A stretch of DNA of 64,000 nt from Spirochaetales bacterium (GTDB lineage Bacteria; Spirochaetota; Spirochaetia; JABEVK01). The translations under genes were made by a program, and so were the position numbers. The notes under the pieces are model-generated. The model was not told the DNA's origin. It searched no databases and was given only the letters and a program-made list of their open reading frames with translations. Below, piece by piece: positions 9,932 to 18,459 of the stretch (position 1 is its first letter; every line of letters starts with the position of its first letter). Location: the NCBI GenBank assembly GCA_037142615.1, contig JBAXAI010000019.1, positions 1-64,000 on the forward strand, in the 5' to 3' direction.

Positions 9932-10831
9932 ATTCCATCCCACCCCCTGCGCTCGTCTATGGCCCTTTTTGGGGCCGCCCTCATTTGGGGCCTGGCTTTT
10001 GTCGCCCAGCGGGTGAGCCTCGACCATATCGGAGCCTTCACGTTCAACGGCCTTCGGTTTGCTCTCGGCGCGCTGTCGCTGTTGCCGCTCACGCTGCTCC
10101 TCAAACCTTCGGGAATCACCAAGGTACAGGCGGGCTGGAAGTCAGCGTTTTTGCCTGGCTTGCTTGCCGGGGTGGTCCTCTTTGCGGCGGCAAACCTTCA
10201 GCAGGTGGGCCTCATTTGGACCACGGCGGGCAAGGCCGCCTTTCTGACGGGGTTCTACATTCTGCTGGTGCCTCTGTTTGGCCTCTTCCTCAAGCGTCGC
10301 GGGCACCTGGGCGTCTGGATCGGCGCGGCGCTCGGTTTGGTCGGGCTCTATTTTCTCAGCGTCAGCGCCGCCTTCACCGTCGAGCCCGGAGACTTGCTCG
10401 AGTTGGCCGGCGCCGTTTTCTGGGCCTGCCACATTCTGGTCATTGACCGCTTTGTCCCCCGCTTGGATCCACTCAAGCTTTCGGTGGTTCAGTTTGCCTT
10501 CTGCTCCCTCCTCAGCCTGACCGTAGGACTTTTTGTGGAACCTTGGTCGTGGTCGGGCCTGCAGGCGGGCCTGGTTCCTTTGCTGTACGCCGGCTTCGGT
10601 TCCGTGGGCATCGCCTACACACTTCAGGTGGTGGGGCAGAAGGGCGTCGCTCCGGGGCCGGCAGCGCTCATCCTCAGCCTCGAAACGGTGTTTGCGGCTT
10701 TGGGCGGTTGGCTGATGCTGAACGAACTCCTGGGTGCCCGCGAGCTGTTGGGATGCGCGTTGATGCTGGCCGGTATGGTGGCCGCTCAAGTGCGCTGGCG
10801 CCGCAGGAACGCAACTTCTTCCCAGACATGA
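9932..10831 (+). CDS. DMT/EamA family transporter (start uncertain: ATT 9932 or ATG 9959)
   Basis: IWGLAFVAQR, LQQVGL...TTAGKAAFLTGFY, AALILSLETVFAAL; about ten TM helices. Confidence 0.88.
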   Translation: MPSHPLRSSMALFGAALIWGLAFVAQRVSLDHIGAFTFNGLRFALGALSLLPLTLLLKPSGITKVQAGWKSAFLPGLLAGVVLFAAANLQQVGLIWTTAGKAAFLTGFYILLVPLFGLFLKRRGHLGVWIGAALGLVGLYFLSVSAAFTVEPGDLLELAGAVFWACHILVIDRFVPRLDPLKLSVVQFAFCSLLSLTVGLFVEPWSWSGLQAGLVPLLYAGFGSVGIAYTLQVVGQKGVAPGPAALILSLETVFAALGGWLMLNELLGARELLGCALMLAGMVAAQVRWRRRNATSSQT

Positions 10832-10850
10832 TAAAACAGGAGAGTCAACG

Positions 10851-11357
10851 ATGCAGTATCGATTTGTGGACAAACAAGCTTTCGAGGCCGTGGGCTGGGC
10901 TTTGAGAGTTTCGACCGTTGGCGGCGAAAACTTCCGCGTGATTCCCGAGTTCTGGAACCAGAACCACGCGCAGGGTCGGGTGGCCGTCCTGGCCCAGGGC
11001 TGCAGTCCGCTCGGGGTTCTGGGCCTGTGCGCCGAGGCCGACCTTGCCAAACAGGAGTTCACCTACTTTATCGCTGTCGAGCAGCAGGTTGGGGTCACCT
11101 ATCCAGAGGGAACCCGATCGGTCCGACTGGGCGCGGCCAAGTATGTGGTTTTCACGGCCATCGGCGCGATGCCCGACGCCATCCAGAACGTTTGGAAGCA
11201 GGCGTTCGAAGAGTGGTTTCCCGCTTCGGGCTACGAACACGCCGGGACCCCTGACTTCGAGGTCTACCCCCCGTTTCCCGAAGGAGACCCGAGGGGCAAT
11301 CCCGACAGTCCCGAAAACCTCAGCGAAGTTTGGATCCCGATCCGCCCGAAGGCCTGA
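10851..11357 (+). CDS. GyrI-like small-molecule-binding domain protein
   Basis: IPEFW, KYVVFTAIGAMPDAIQNVWKQAFEEWFPASGY, PDFEVY, EVWIPI; SD AGGAG. Confidence 0.85.
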   Translation: MQYRFVDKQAFEAVGWALRVSTVGGENFRVIPEFWNQNHAQGRVAVLAQGCSPLGVLGLCAEADLAKQEFTYFIAVEQQVGVTYPEGTRSVRLGAAKYVVFTAIGAMPDAIQNVWKQAFEEWFPASGYEHAGTPDFEVYPPFPEGDPRGNPDSPENLSEVWIPIRPKA

Positions 11358-11369
11358 ACAGACCTTTGG

Positions 11370-12158
11370 CTAGTGCCGTGTTTCGGTGCTGGCAACCGGC
11401 GTCACCGGCAAGTCGCCGTCGTGCAGCTTGCGCTGAAACAGGTCGATTGCCATCCCGTAGGCAATACGGGCGTTCTCGGGGTCGTAGCGCAGGCCTTCGT
11501 CGCGCAGGAACGCGTGGGCACCGTTCACCTCGTGCCATTGGTAGTTTACCTCGGCGTCGTCGAGCCCCTTGTGAATCAGGTAGCGGCCCTCCTTGGGAAT
11601 GTGCGGGTCCTGACGGCCAAAAATCATGAGCAATTCGCCCTTGATGTCCTTGATCCGGTCGAGCGAGTTGTCGTTCATCCCCTTGCCCAGACCCCTCTTG
11701 TGAATGTCGGTGGGGTAAAAACACGTGGCGGCCAGGATCTCGGGGTTCATGGCGCAGCGAAAGGCGAGGTGACCGCCGATGCAAATGCCCAGCGTGCCGA
11801 CCCGTCCCGTCGAGTGGGGGGAGGTTTTTAGGAACCGGATGACCGCCTTGGCGTCATCGTCGTAGCTTTGCAGTTCCTTGGTTGTCTTGTGCGCGTTGCC
11901 CCGTTCTGTGCCGGCGGTGTCGTAGGCAAGCACCGTGCCGGCGGGTTCCAGTTCGTGGTAGATTTCTGGACAGGCCACCACAAACCCGTGGCCGGCGAAC
12001 AGCGCCGCCGTGCGCCGGATAGGCCCCGTCAGCTGAAAGATTTCCGAGAACATCACAAGTCCCGGGTAGCGACCCGGGGCGGAAGGGCGAAAGACTGTCG
12101 TTCGCATCGGCCCGCGCGGGGTGTCGAGGTCGACGACTTCGGGTTCGGCAACGGTCAT
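11370..12158 (-). CDS. Dienelactone hydrolase family protein
   Basis: EIFQL, nucleophile motif GICIGG, DPHIP, HAFLRD. Confidence 0.9.
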   Translation of the reverse strand: MTVAEPEVVDLDTPRGPMRTTVFRPSAPGRYPGLVMFSEIFQLTGPIRRTAALFAGHGFVVACPEIYHELEPAGTVLAYDTAGTERGNAHKTTKELQSYDDDAKAVIRFLKTSPHSTGRVGTLGICIGGHLAFRCAMNPEILAATCFYPTDIHKRGLGKGMNDNSLDRIKDIKGELLMIFGRQDPHIPKEGRYLIHKGLDDAEVNYQWHEVNGAHAFLRDEGLRYDPENARIAYGMAIDLFQRKLHDGDLPVTPVASTETRH

Positions 12159-12190
12159 ATAAACTCCTTGAAAGGAGTATACTCCCCCGC

Positions 12191-13102
12191 ATGTTCCTGT
12201 ACAGTCTTGTCAACCCGGGCTACGAGGCCCTGCTCAAGGCCGAAGTGGCTTTTCGGCATCCCGAGTTCACGCCGTCGTTCAGCCGCCCGGGCTACGTCAC
12301 GTTCAAGGGACCGGCTTCGCACGGGGTACCGACGTTCTGGTTCGCCCGGGCTAACGGAGTGTTCTTGGCCAAGGGCAAGGCGGCCGACGCAAAGGCGCTG
12401 ATTGACCAGCACAGCTCGGGCCGGGTGGTCCACTTTTTTGATCTGCTGATGAAAGCCGCCACCGGGGAACCTGCCGGACCCGAGACCGAGATCCTGGACG
12501 TCGTGGACCTCGGCGATGGCGAGCTTTGGCTCGGTCACAGGACGGTCAAACCTTACCGGTGGTCAATTCCTGCTGGGTTGCCTTTGTTGGTCTTGCCGGT
12601 CCAAGCCCCTAGCCGGGCCTGGCTCAAGCTCGAAGAAGTGCTGTTGTGGTCGGGCTGGGCTCCCGAACCGACAACCGTCGCCGTCGAACTTGGTTCGGCC
12701 CCGGGCGGAGCCAGTTGGGCCCTGTTGCAACGCGGCGTTCAGTTAACGGGGGTGGATGTGGCCGCCATGAACGACGTATGCCTCAGTCACCCGGGCTACA
12801 CGCACGTGGCCCTGTCGGTGCGCGATCTGCGCAAAAAACATCTGCCGGTTCGTATCGATGCCCTGTTTTGTGACCTGGGTTTGAGCCCCGTCGAGGCGAT
12901 TCCCCAACTACGCGAGCTCTGCCATCTCCATCCCGAAATCTCCCGGCTCTTCTATACGCTCAAGTGGGGAGAAGGGATTCCGATGGCCACGCTCCAAAAG
13001 CATCTTGATGCGCTGCATACGCTTGGGTTCACCCTTCGCTGCACGCACTTGCCTTCCAACCGCGCCGAGCTGACCGTCGTCGGAACACGAAAACCCGCGT
13101 GA
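12191..13102 (+). CDS. RlmM-like (FtsJ-type) SAM-dependent RNA 2'-O-methyltransferase
   Basis: APSRAWLKLEE and SAM motif ELGSAPGGAS, followed by CD and K positions of the FtsJ fold. Confidence 0.72.
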   Translation: MFLYSLVNPGYEALLKAEVAFRHPEFTPSFSRPGYVTFKGPASHGVPTFWFARANGVFLAKGKAADAKALIDQHSSGRVVHFFDLLMKAATGEPAGPETEILDVVDLGDGELWLGHRTVKPYRWSIPAGLPLLVLPVQAPSRAWLKLEEVLLWSGWAPEPTTVAVELGSAPGGASWALLQRGVQLTGVDVAAMNDVCLSHPGYTHVALSVRDLRKKHLPVRIDALFCDLGLSPVEAIPQLRELCHLHPEISRLFYTLKWGEGIPMATLQKHLDALHTLGFTLRCTHLPSNRAELTVVGTRKPA

Positions 13103-13109
13103 AAGTGAC

Positions 13110-13138
13110 TTGTCAAGCCGATACAGAGGGTGTATTTT
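13110..13138 (+). promoter_or_regulatory. sigma70-type promoter of the 47-aa ORF
   Basis: TTGTCA-N17-TATTTT, followed by SD GGGAGG at 13152. Confidence 0.55.
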
Positions 13139-13161
13139 GATCGTCACATCTGGGAGGGTGA

Positions 13162-13305
13162 ATGGAAACAACGGAAGAAAAGAAGAAGACCGTCAATCTC
13201 ATCAAGTCTTGGGAGGACTGGGACGCCGATGACGACAAGGTCACCAACAGCGAAGGCAAAAAACTTTGCCTGATCGAAGACCCAGACTGCGAAGCCTGTC
13301 AGTAG
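13162..13305 (+). CDS. 47-aa acidic small protein ending in C-x6-CxxC (resembles the RNR alpha-subunit redox tail); not in the ORF track
   Basis: METTEEKKKTVNLIKSWEDWDADDDKVTNSEGKKLCLIEDPDCEACQ*; strong SD, own promoter, fills an otherwise empty gap. Confidence 0.72.
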   Translation: METTEEKKKTVNLIKSWEDWDADDDKVTNSEGKKLCLIEDPDCEACQ

Positions 13306-13547
13306 CGGGCCTTTTTCATCAGCAGATTCTTGGCGGCCAGGGCCTGGGGCAGTAGCTCAGGCCTGACGCTGGCGAGAAACCCCGAAACCATCGCCAGGAG
13401 CGAGTTTCGGTACTCGTCGTGGCTGGCCGAGTTTTCCCAGGTCAGCCGTTCGAGAGCGGCAAACACCATCTTGTAGAAGGTCACATCCCGAGTCTGTTCC
13501 CGGCCCAAGGCCATCAGGTTTTCCAGTTCCATGTCCTGCAATTGCAC
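13299..13547 (-). CDS. Hypothetical protein (82 aa)
   Basis: GTG at 13547 preceded by AGGAG; MQLQDMELENLMALGREQ...KKARY. The longer 239-aa ORF overlaps the upstream gene and is unlikely. Confidence 0.55.
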   Translation of the reverse strand: MQLQDMELENLMALGREQTRDVTFYKMVFAALERLTWENSASHDEYRNSLLAMVSGFLASVRPELLPQALAAKNLLMKKARY

Positions 13548-13612
13548 TGCTGTGTCTCCTGCGCTTTGGGGCCGCTCTTTCCTTGTCGGAAGAAACCCCC
13601 GACAAGATGACC

Positions 13613-14338
13613 CTACAAGCGCCGTTTCAACAGCCAGACCATCGAATAAGGAAAAGTGCGCGCCAAAGTTGCGTCTGGGTTCTCCATGTGGCGCAAGATC
13701 TTGGCGTTCAACACCGGATTCTGTGACCCTTTTTGGGGTTGATGTTCTCCCAGACACAGCAAGGCGTCGCCCGGTGCCAGGGTCAGTCGGTTGGCCTGGC
13801 AAACGGGGTCGAAGTCCTCGGCCGGGTGCGTACCCACCGAAGGCGTCGACGAGCCCCGGAGCATCATCTGCGAACGGGTTTCGTGCCGAAAAATGTGGTG
13901 CATTTTCCATCCCGGAGCACACAACGCTACTTCGCCGGTCGAAAAGGTGACCAAGCCGAGTTTGAGGCTGGCCCAGCCGGCCAGTTTCATCGTGTGCGTG
14001 AGGTCGTTCATATGGCACGCAAGAGCGCGAACGTCTTGGCGCTCCGCCTTGTCGCTCACGTGCCAGCGCGAAAAGTGGGCCAGAAAGAGGGCCGACAGCT
14101 GGGCACGGAACACGAGCGCGGTCAAGCCGTCACCGACCAGTTCGCCGATCAGGAAGGCAACGTGATCGCTATCGAGTTCGCGATGGAGGAAGAAGTTCTT
14201 TTCGTGCGCGGCATCGGGAAGCAGTTCTCCCGAAAATAGGTAGCCGGCCCTTTCAAGGGGCTCCAGCGTCGAGATACGCTCGGGCGTCCAGCGGTCCAGC
14301 AATGCCTGATCCTGTTCTGTCATGTAAGCCTCACTCAA
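13613..14338 (-). CDS. Degenerate PP2C/SpoIIE-like domain protein
   Basis: VAFLIGELVGDGLTAL resembles the DVSGHG motif and LAPGDALLCLGE resembles LxxGDxLLLYTDG, with the metal-binding Asp residues altered; coupled to the upstream gene by a TTGA overlap. Confidence 0.5.
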   Translation of the reverse strand: MSEAYMTEQDQALLDRWTPERISTLEPLERAGYLFSGELLPDAAHEKNFFLHRELDSDHVAFLIGELVGDGLTALVFRAQLSALFLAHFSRWHVSDKAERQDVRALACHMNDLTHTMKLAGWASLKLGLVTFSTGEVALCAPGWKMHHIFRHETRSQMMLRGSSTPSVGTHPAEDFDPVCQANRLTLAPGDALLCLGEHQPQKGSQNPVLNAKILRHMENPDATLARTFPYSMVWLLKRRL

Positions 14339-15594
14339 CCATTATGGAACGTTTGAGGTCTTCGTGTCGACAGGCGTTCACGACGTTTTAAGAGAGATTC
14401 GCGCCAACTGGCGGGCCAGAGGGGGTGTGCGAGGCCCCCTTCGATCCAGTTCAACGCCGACGCAATGGCTTCGGGGCTTCCATCGCGATGTTCCAGCCAC
14501 TTCAAGCCCTCTATCAGGGCCGGGAACGAACGGTTTTCGTGCCACAACTGCTCCCAAAGAGCCAAACAGCGCGGATCCCTCCGCCGCTTGAGGCGCTGAG
14601 CCCAGGCGAGCCCCAGGGCTTCGGTGCCTTGTTGTTCCCAAGCTGCCTCGAGGGCTTTCTCGCCGGCCTCGGTGGGCAGCAGGGCCAGCAGTCCCCAGAA
14701 ATCGACCGGTATGGCCGGTGCGAGATCCGGGTGAAGCAGGCCTTCGGCCGCAAGCCTTGCCAGACCCCTTCGGGGTGACAAAAGCCGGTGAGTGCCCACC
14801 CAGCGGGAGTCCTCGGGGCGACCCTTGAGCGCCGCCAGCAGGAGGTCGAGGCAGAGCAAGGAGTAAACATCCTGAGCATGGTGACGCAGAACACCCTCGA
14901 GTGGTGCGGCAAAATTGGCCGCCGCGCCCTGCCTCAGGTAGTCGAACCACAGCGCCGGAACCAATGCACCGGGAACGTCATCGAGCCGATGGAGGCCGAG
15001 CACGCTGCGCTCCAGCTCCGATAGTTTGCAGGTGGGCAAGACCCGCTTCCACAGGCGTCGTGACATGTGCAGGTCGTCGTGGTGCTCCAGGTCTGGGAAC
15101 TCACGGCCGGCGAGGGCCCATCGGCTGCGCAGCAGCGGCAGGTCGAACGAGGCCCCATTGAAGCTGACCAGCCCCTTAGCCGCGTGAAAAACGGGGTCCA
15201 GAGCCGCGATCATGTCGGGCTCGCCAGGAAGGTCGCGCAGGAACCATTGGGTCACCGTGACCTTCGGAAGTCGGCCAGTGCCTCCGGAGGGCCGCATCGA
15301 AGCCCAGCCGACCAAAAAGGCCACCGTTCCGGCTCCGCCCGACAAACCGGTCGTCTCAGTGTCAAAGCAGAGCCGACCCTGCCAGTCGGCGGGCTCCAAT
15401 CCGGGGCCCACCAGTTCCCAAAAGCCGACCTCCAACTCAAAGGTGAACTCACGCCACGCGACGAGGGGCGAAAACCAACTCCAGCCGGTGGGGGCCTCCT
15501 CGTCCTCGGGCAAACGTTGCGGCGGCAGCAGGGTCTGGCTTTGGTCCGAAACCCGGCTTCGGGCCGCCTGAAGCTTCTCCCACAGGTCGCTCAT
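14335..15594 (-). CDS. DEDDh/RNase H-like exonuclease, YprB/MrfB family
   Basis: CFDTETTGLSGGAGT, SFNGASFDLP, HHAQD; helical C-terminus; directly downstream of a DUF1998 helicase. Confidence 0.85.
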   Translation of the reverse strand: MSDLWEKLQAARSRVSDQSQTLLPPQRLPEDEEAPTGWSWFSPLVAWREFTFELEVGFWELVGPGLEPADWQGRLCFDTETTGLSGGAGTVAFLVGWASMRPSGGTGRLPKVTVTQWFLRDLPGEPDMIAALDPVFHAAKGLVSFNGASFDLPLLRSRWALAGREFPDLEHHDDLHMSRRLWKRVLPTCKLSELERSVLGLHRLDDVPGALVPALWFDYLRQGAAANFAAPLEGVLRHHAQDVYSLLCLDLLLAALKGRPEDSRWVGTHRLLSPRRGLARLAAEGLLHPDLAPAIPVDFWGLLALLPTEAGEKALEAAWEQQGTEALGLAWAQRLKRRRDPRCLALWEQLWHENRSFPALIEGLKWLEHRDGSPEAIASALNWIEGGLAHPLWPASWRESLLKRRERLSTRRPQTFHNG

Positions 15595-17921
15595 GTTCCG
15601 GGAGTCCCAGAACCGAGCCAGCCGTCAAGCAGCGCGAGCACGCCTTCCTTGGGGTTCAATCCCACTTCGTGCTCGGGATCGCGGGGCCCAATACAGCTCG
15701 GACACCCTTCGCTGCACGGGCAGGCCCTCACCAGCGAGGCTCCCGCTGCCAGCACTTTGCCCAATTGGTCGGCCAGGCTTTCTGCCAGCCCCGAGCCTCC
15801 GGGTGACTGATCGTAGACGAAGATCGCCGGCTTGTCGAAATGGGGGTCCCTCAAGCGCTCGGATACGCCGAAATCTTGGCTCTGACACAGCAGAAAGGCC
15901 GGGGCCACGGCCTTCAACAGGTGGCCCATCCGGGCCATCGCGGGTCCCTTCAATTCTTCGGTCAGGGCCTCCAACGCGTCCGCCGCCGGGCCGCCTTCCA
16001 GGAGTAAGGTGAGGCTGCGGGTATGCATTTGCTCTTCGGGCAAGGCTACCTCGCCGTAGCCGATGTTTTCGTGGGTGTGGAACTTGAGTTTCTTGAAGCG
16101 GCTGACCTGACTGCGCACCAGGACGTCGCCGAGCACCAGCGTGCAACCGGGGCCGGGGAACCGGCGGTCCTCATGCAGCACTTTGAGGTCGGTCTTGACC
16201 ACCGCATCGGTGTAGTAGTTGATTTCGCGTTCCTCGACGTAGCAACGGCGCTCCTGCAGGTCGAGTTCCAGCACGAGGAATTGCCGGTCGCGGTGCAGGT
16301 AAACGGCGTTCGGAAAGATCATTTCCTTGGCGCTCGGCCGGTCCATTTCGCCGAGAACCTGGTTCTTGCCGCCGGTGGTATCGATGATGACGATGTTCTC
16401 GGCCGTCGCGCTGCGCAGGCTCACGTTCTCGGCTGGGTAGGCAAGGCCCGACCAATACCAACGGCCCCCGGTGTGCCGCAGCGTGCCTTCTTCTTCCATC
16501 ACCGCGAGGTAGGGGGTCACCTCAGGAAACCAGCGGTCCACCGTCGCGTTTGCACTTCCCTGGAACGGCAGTTCGAAGGCCGCACACTTGACGTGTTCCA
16601 TCAGCACGTACGGGTTCTCCGGGTTGATGAAGGCCGCTTCGGGCGGGCGCTCGAGAAAATAGCGGTCGTTGGTCACCATGTACTGGTCCAGGGGCGCAGA
16701 ACTCGCGATGAGGATGGCCAGACTCTCGGTCTGCCTCCGCCCCGCACGGCCCGCCTGCTGCCACACCGAGCTCACACTCCCCGGAAACCCTGCCAGAATC
16801 GCCACGTCCAGGCCGCCGATGTCGATGCCCAACTCGAGCGCGTTGGTGCTGACCACGCCCTGAATGGTGCCGTCGCGCAGGCCTTTTTCGATCTCGCGTC
16901 GCTCGTTGGGCAAGTAGCCGCCCCGGTAGCTTTCGACGCGGATCCGTTGGTTGTCGGTGTACAGGTTGTCGAGTTTGTCGTGAATGTAGCTGGCGATCAG
17001 TTCGACCCGAACCCGGCTGCGGGCAAAAACAATGGCCTTTTGTCCGCTCGTGAGCACTCGCACCGCGAGGGCCTGCGCTTCGTTGACCGTGCCACGCCGG
17101 ATGCCCTGGACCCGGTCAACGAGCGGCGGGTTGTAGAGAACAAAGTGCCTGGCACCGGTTGGTGCGCCGGACTGGTCGATCAACTCGACCTCGAGTCCGA
17201 GCAGCTTTTGAGCGTGTTCCAGGGGATTGCCTATGGTGGCCGAGCACACGATGAACTGGGGGTGGGCCCCGTAGAAGGCCGCCACACGCTGAAGCCGGCG
17301 AAGCACATTGGCGACATGGCTGCCGAAAACTCCCCGGTAGGTGTGCACTTCATCGACCACGACGTAACGCAGGTTCTTGAGGAACTTGATCCATTTGGGG
17401 TGGTTGGGAAGAATGCCCGAGTGGAACATGTCAGGGTTACTGATGATGATCTGGCCGGTCTCCCTCGCGGAAGCCCGCAGGCTCGTGGGAGTGTCGCCGT
17501 CGTAGGTAGACACCTTGAGGCCCAAGTCGGCCCCGAGTGTCGTCTCGTTGAGCTCGCTCTGCTGGTCCTGACTCAGCGCTTTCGTCGGGAAGAGGTACAG
17601 CGCTCGGGCCTCGGGATTCTCGAGCAGCGTCTGCATCACCGGAAGGTTGTAACAAAGCGACTTGCCGCTGGCCGTCGGTGTCGCGACCAGCACATGCCGA
17701 CCCGCTACCGAGGCCTCGAAGGCCCGCGCCTGATGGCTATAGAGCTGGGTCATTCCCCTCTGGCGAAGACCCGCCACAAGCCTCGGGTCGAGACCCTTGG
17801 GAAAGGGAGAATAGACGCCTTCGCGGGCAGGAAAAGTGTGCCAAGTTTGAACCTGCGCCATGAACGTCGGGTCGGAACGCAGGGATTCGATCAACTGGCT
17901 CTTGGCGACTGGAGAACTCAT
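15591..17921 (-). CDS. DEAD/DEAH-box helicase with C-terminal DUF1998, YprA/MrfA/Hrq1 family
   Basis: TPTASGKS, DEVH, SAT, ALELGIDIG, QQAGRAGRR, C-terminal CPCSEGCPSC. Start moved to ATG at 17921. Confidence 0.92.
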   Translation of the reverse strand: MSSPVAKSQLIESLRSDPTFMAQVQTWHTFPAREGVYSPFPKGLDPRLVAGLRQRGMTQLYSHQARAFEASVAGRHVLVATPTASGKSLCYNLPVMQTLLENPEARALYLFPTKALSQDQQSELNETTLGADLGLKVSTYDGDTPTSLRASARETGQIIISNPDMFHSGILPNHPKWIKFLKNLRYVVVDEVHTYRGVFGSHVANVLRRLQRVAAFYGAHPQFIVCSATIGNPLEHAQKLLGLEVELIDQSGAPTGARHFVLYNPPLVDRVQGIRRGTVNEAQALAVRVLTSGQKAIVFARSRVRVELIASYIHDKLDNLYTDNQRIRVESYRGGYLPNERREIEKGLRDGTIQGVVSTNALELGIDIGGLDVAILAGFPGSVSSVWQQAGRAGRRQTESLAILIASSAPLDQYMVTNDRYFLERPPEAAFINPENPYVLMEHVKCAAFELPFQGSANATVDRWFPEVTPYLAVMEEEGTLRHTGGRWYWSGLAYPAENVSLRSATAENIVIIDTTGGKNQVLGEMDRPSAKEMIFPNAVYLHRDRQFLVLELDLQERRCYVEEREINYYTDAVVKTDLKVLHEDRRFPGPGCTLVLGDVLVRSQVSRFKKLKFHTHENIGYGEVALPEEQMHTRSLTLLLEGGPAADALEALTEELKGPAMARMGHLLKAVAPAFLLCQSQDFGVSERLRDPHFDKPAIFVYDQSPGGSGLAESLADQLGKVLAAGASLVRACPCSEGCPSCIGPRDPEHEVGLNPKEGVLALLDGWLGSGTPGT

Positions 17922-17942
17922 GCCGCCAGAATACACCAATCT

Positions 17943-18272
17943 CTAGCGGTTGTCGCCGCTTCCGTGCAGTTGACCCCGCTGCTGGCGGGCCTTGAGTTTC
18001 TCAAGGTTGAGGGCTGCGACCTCTTCCAGGGTGAGCCCCAGCGTGTCGCTGAGCACCGCGAGGTACCACAACACGTCGCCAAGTTCCTTTTGAATTTCCA
18101 GTTTGTCGTCCGGCGAAATCTGACCGCCTTTGTCGCGGTAGATCTTCTTGAACTTTTCGGCCACCTCGCCGGTTTCGCCGCTCAGACCCAGAACCGTGCA
18201 GATGAGCCGCTGCTCAGGATTGGTGTAAACGGCTGTGGTCTTGGCTTGCGCCTGATAGTCATTCAGTTTCAT
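17943..18272 (-). CDS. MazG-like nucleotide pyrophosphohydrolase
   Basis: GLSGETGEVAEKFKK...KELGDVLWYL...GSGDNR. Confidence 0.9.
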   Translation of the reverse strand: MKLNDYQAQAKTTAVYTNPEQRLICTVLGLSGETGEVAEKFKKIYRDKGGQISPDDKLEIQKELGDVLWYLAVLSDTLGLTLEEVAALNLEKLKARQQRGQLHGSGDNR

Positions 18273-18422
18273 GGTCACAGTCTAGCGAAGGTTCTTCTTT
18301 TCGCAAAGGTAGCTGTCTACAAAATCAGACAGAATCTTGTTTCTCTTGACAAGTACAGACAAGAGTTCTTTTAAGCGTATGTCAGAAAAGGAATTAGAGA
18401 AGGACTTCTCTTGCAGAGAACT

Positions 18423-18438
18423 TGGCACCGTTCTTGCT
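18423..18438 (+). promoter_or_regulatory. sigma54 (RpoN) -24/-12 promoter
   Basis: TGGCAC-CGTTC-TTGCT matches TGGCAC-N5-TTGCW; SD GGAGG and a GTG start follow. Confidence 0.8.
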
Positions 18439-18459
18439 TGGCTCTGGGTGGAGGCTGTT

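Noticed and set aside
15591-17921. DISARM or Druantia-type defence system suggested by DUF1998
   Set aside because: Helicase and DUF1998 are fused and paired with a YprB-type exonuclease; no DNA methylase, PLD or SNF2 partners. This fits MrfAB better.
16023-18374. Long antisense ORFs (783 aa here; also 2234-4018, 5519-6958, 52913-54421, 56404-57954)
   Set aside because: Shadow frames of well-supported genes, expected from high-GC codon bias; no recognisable motifs.
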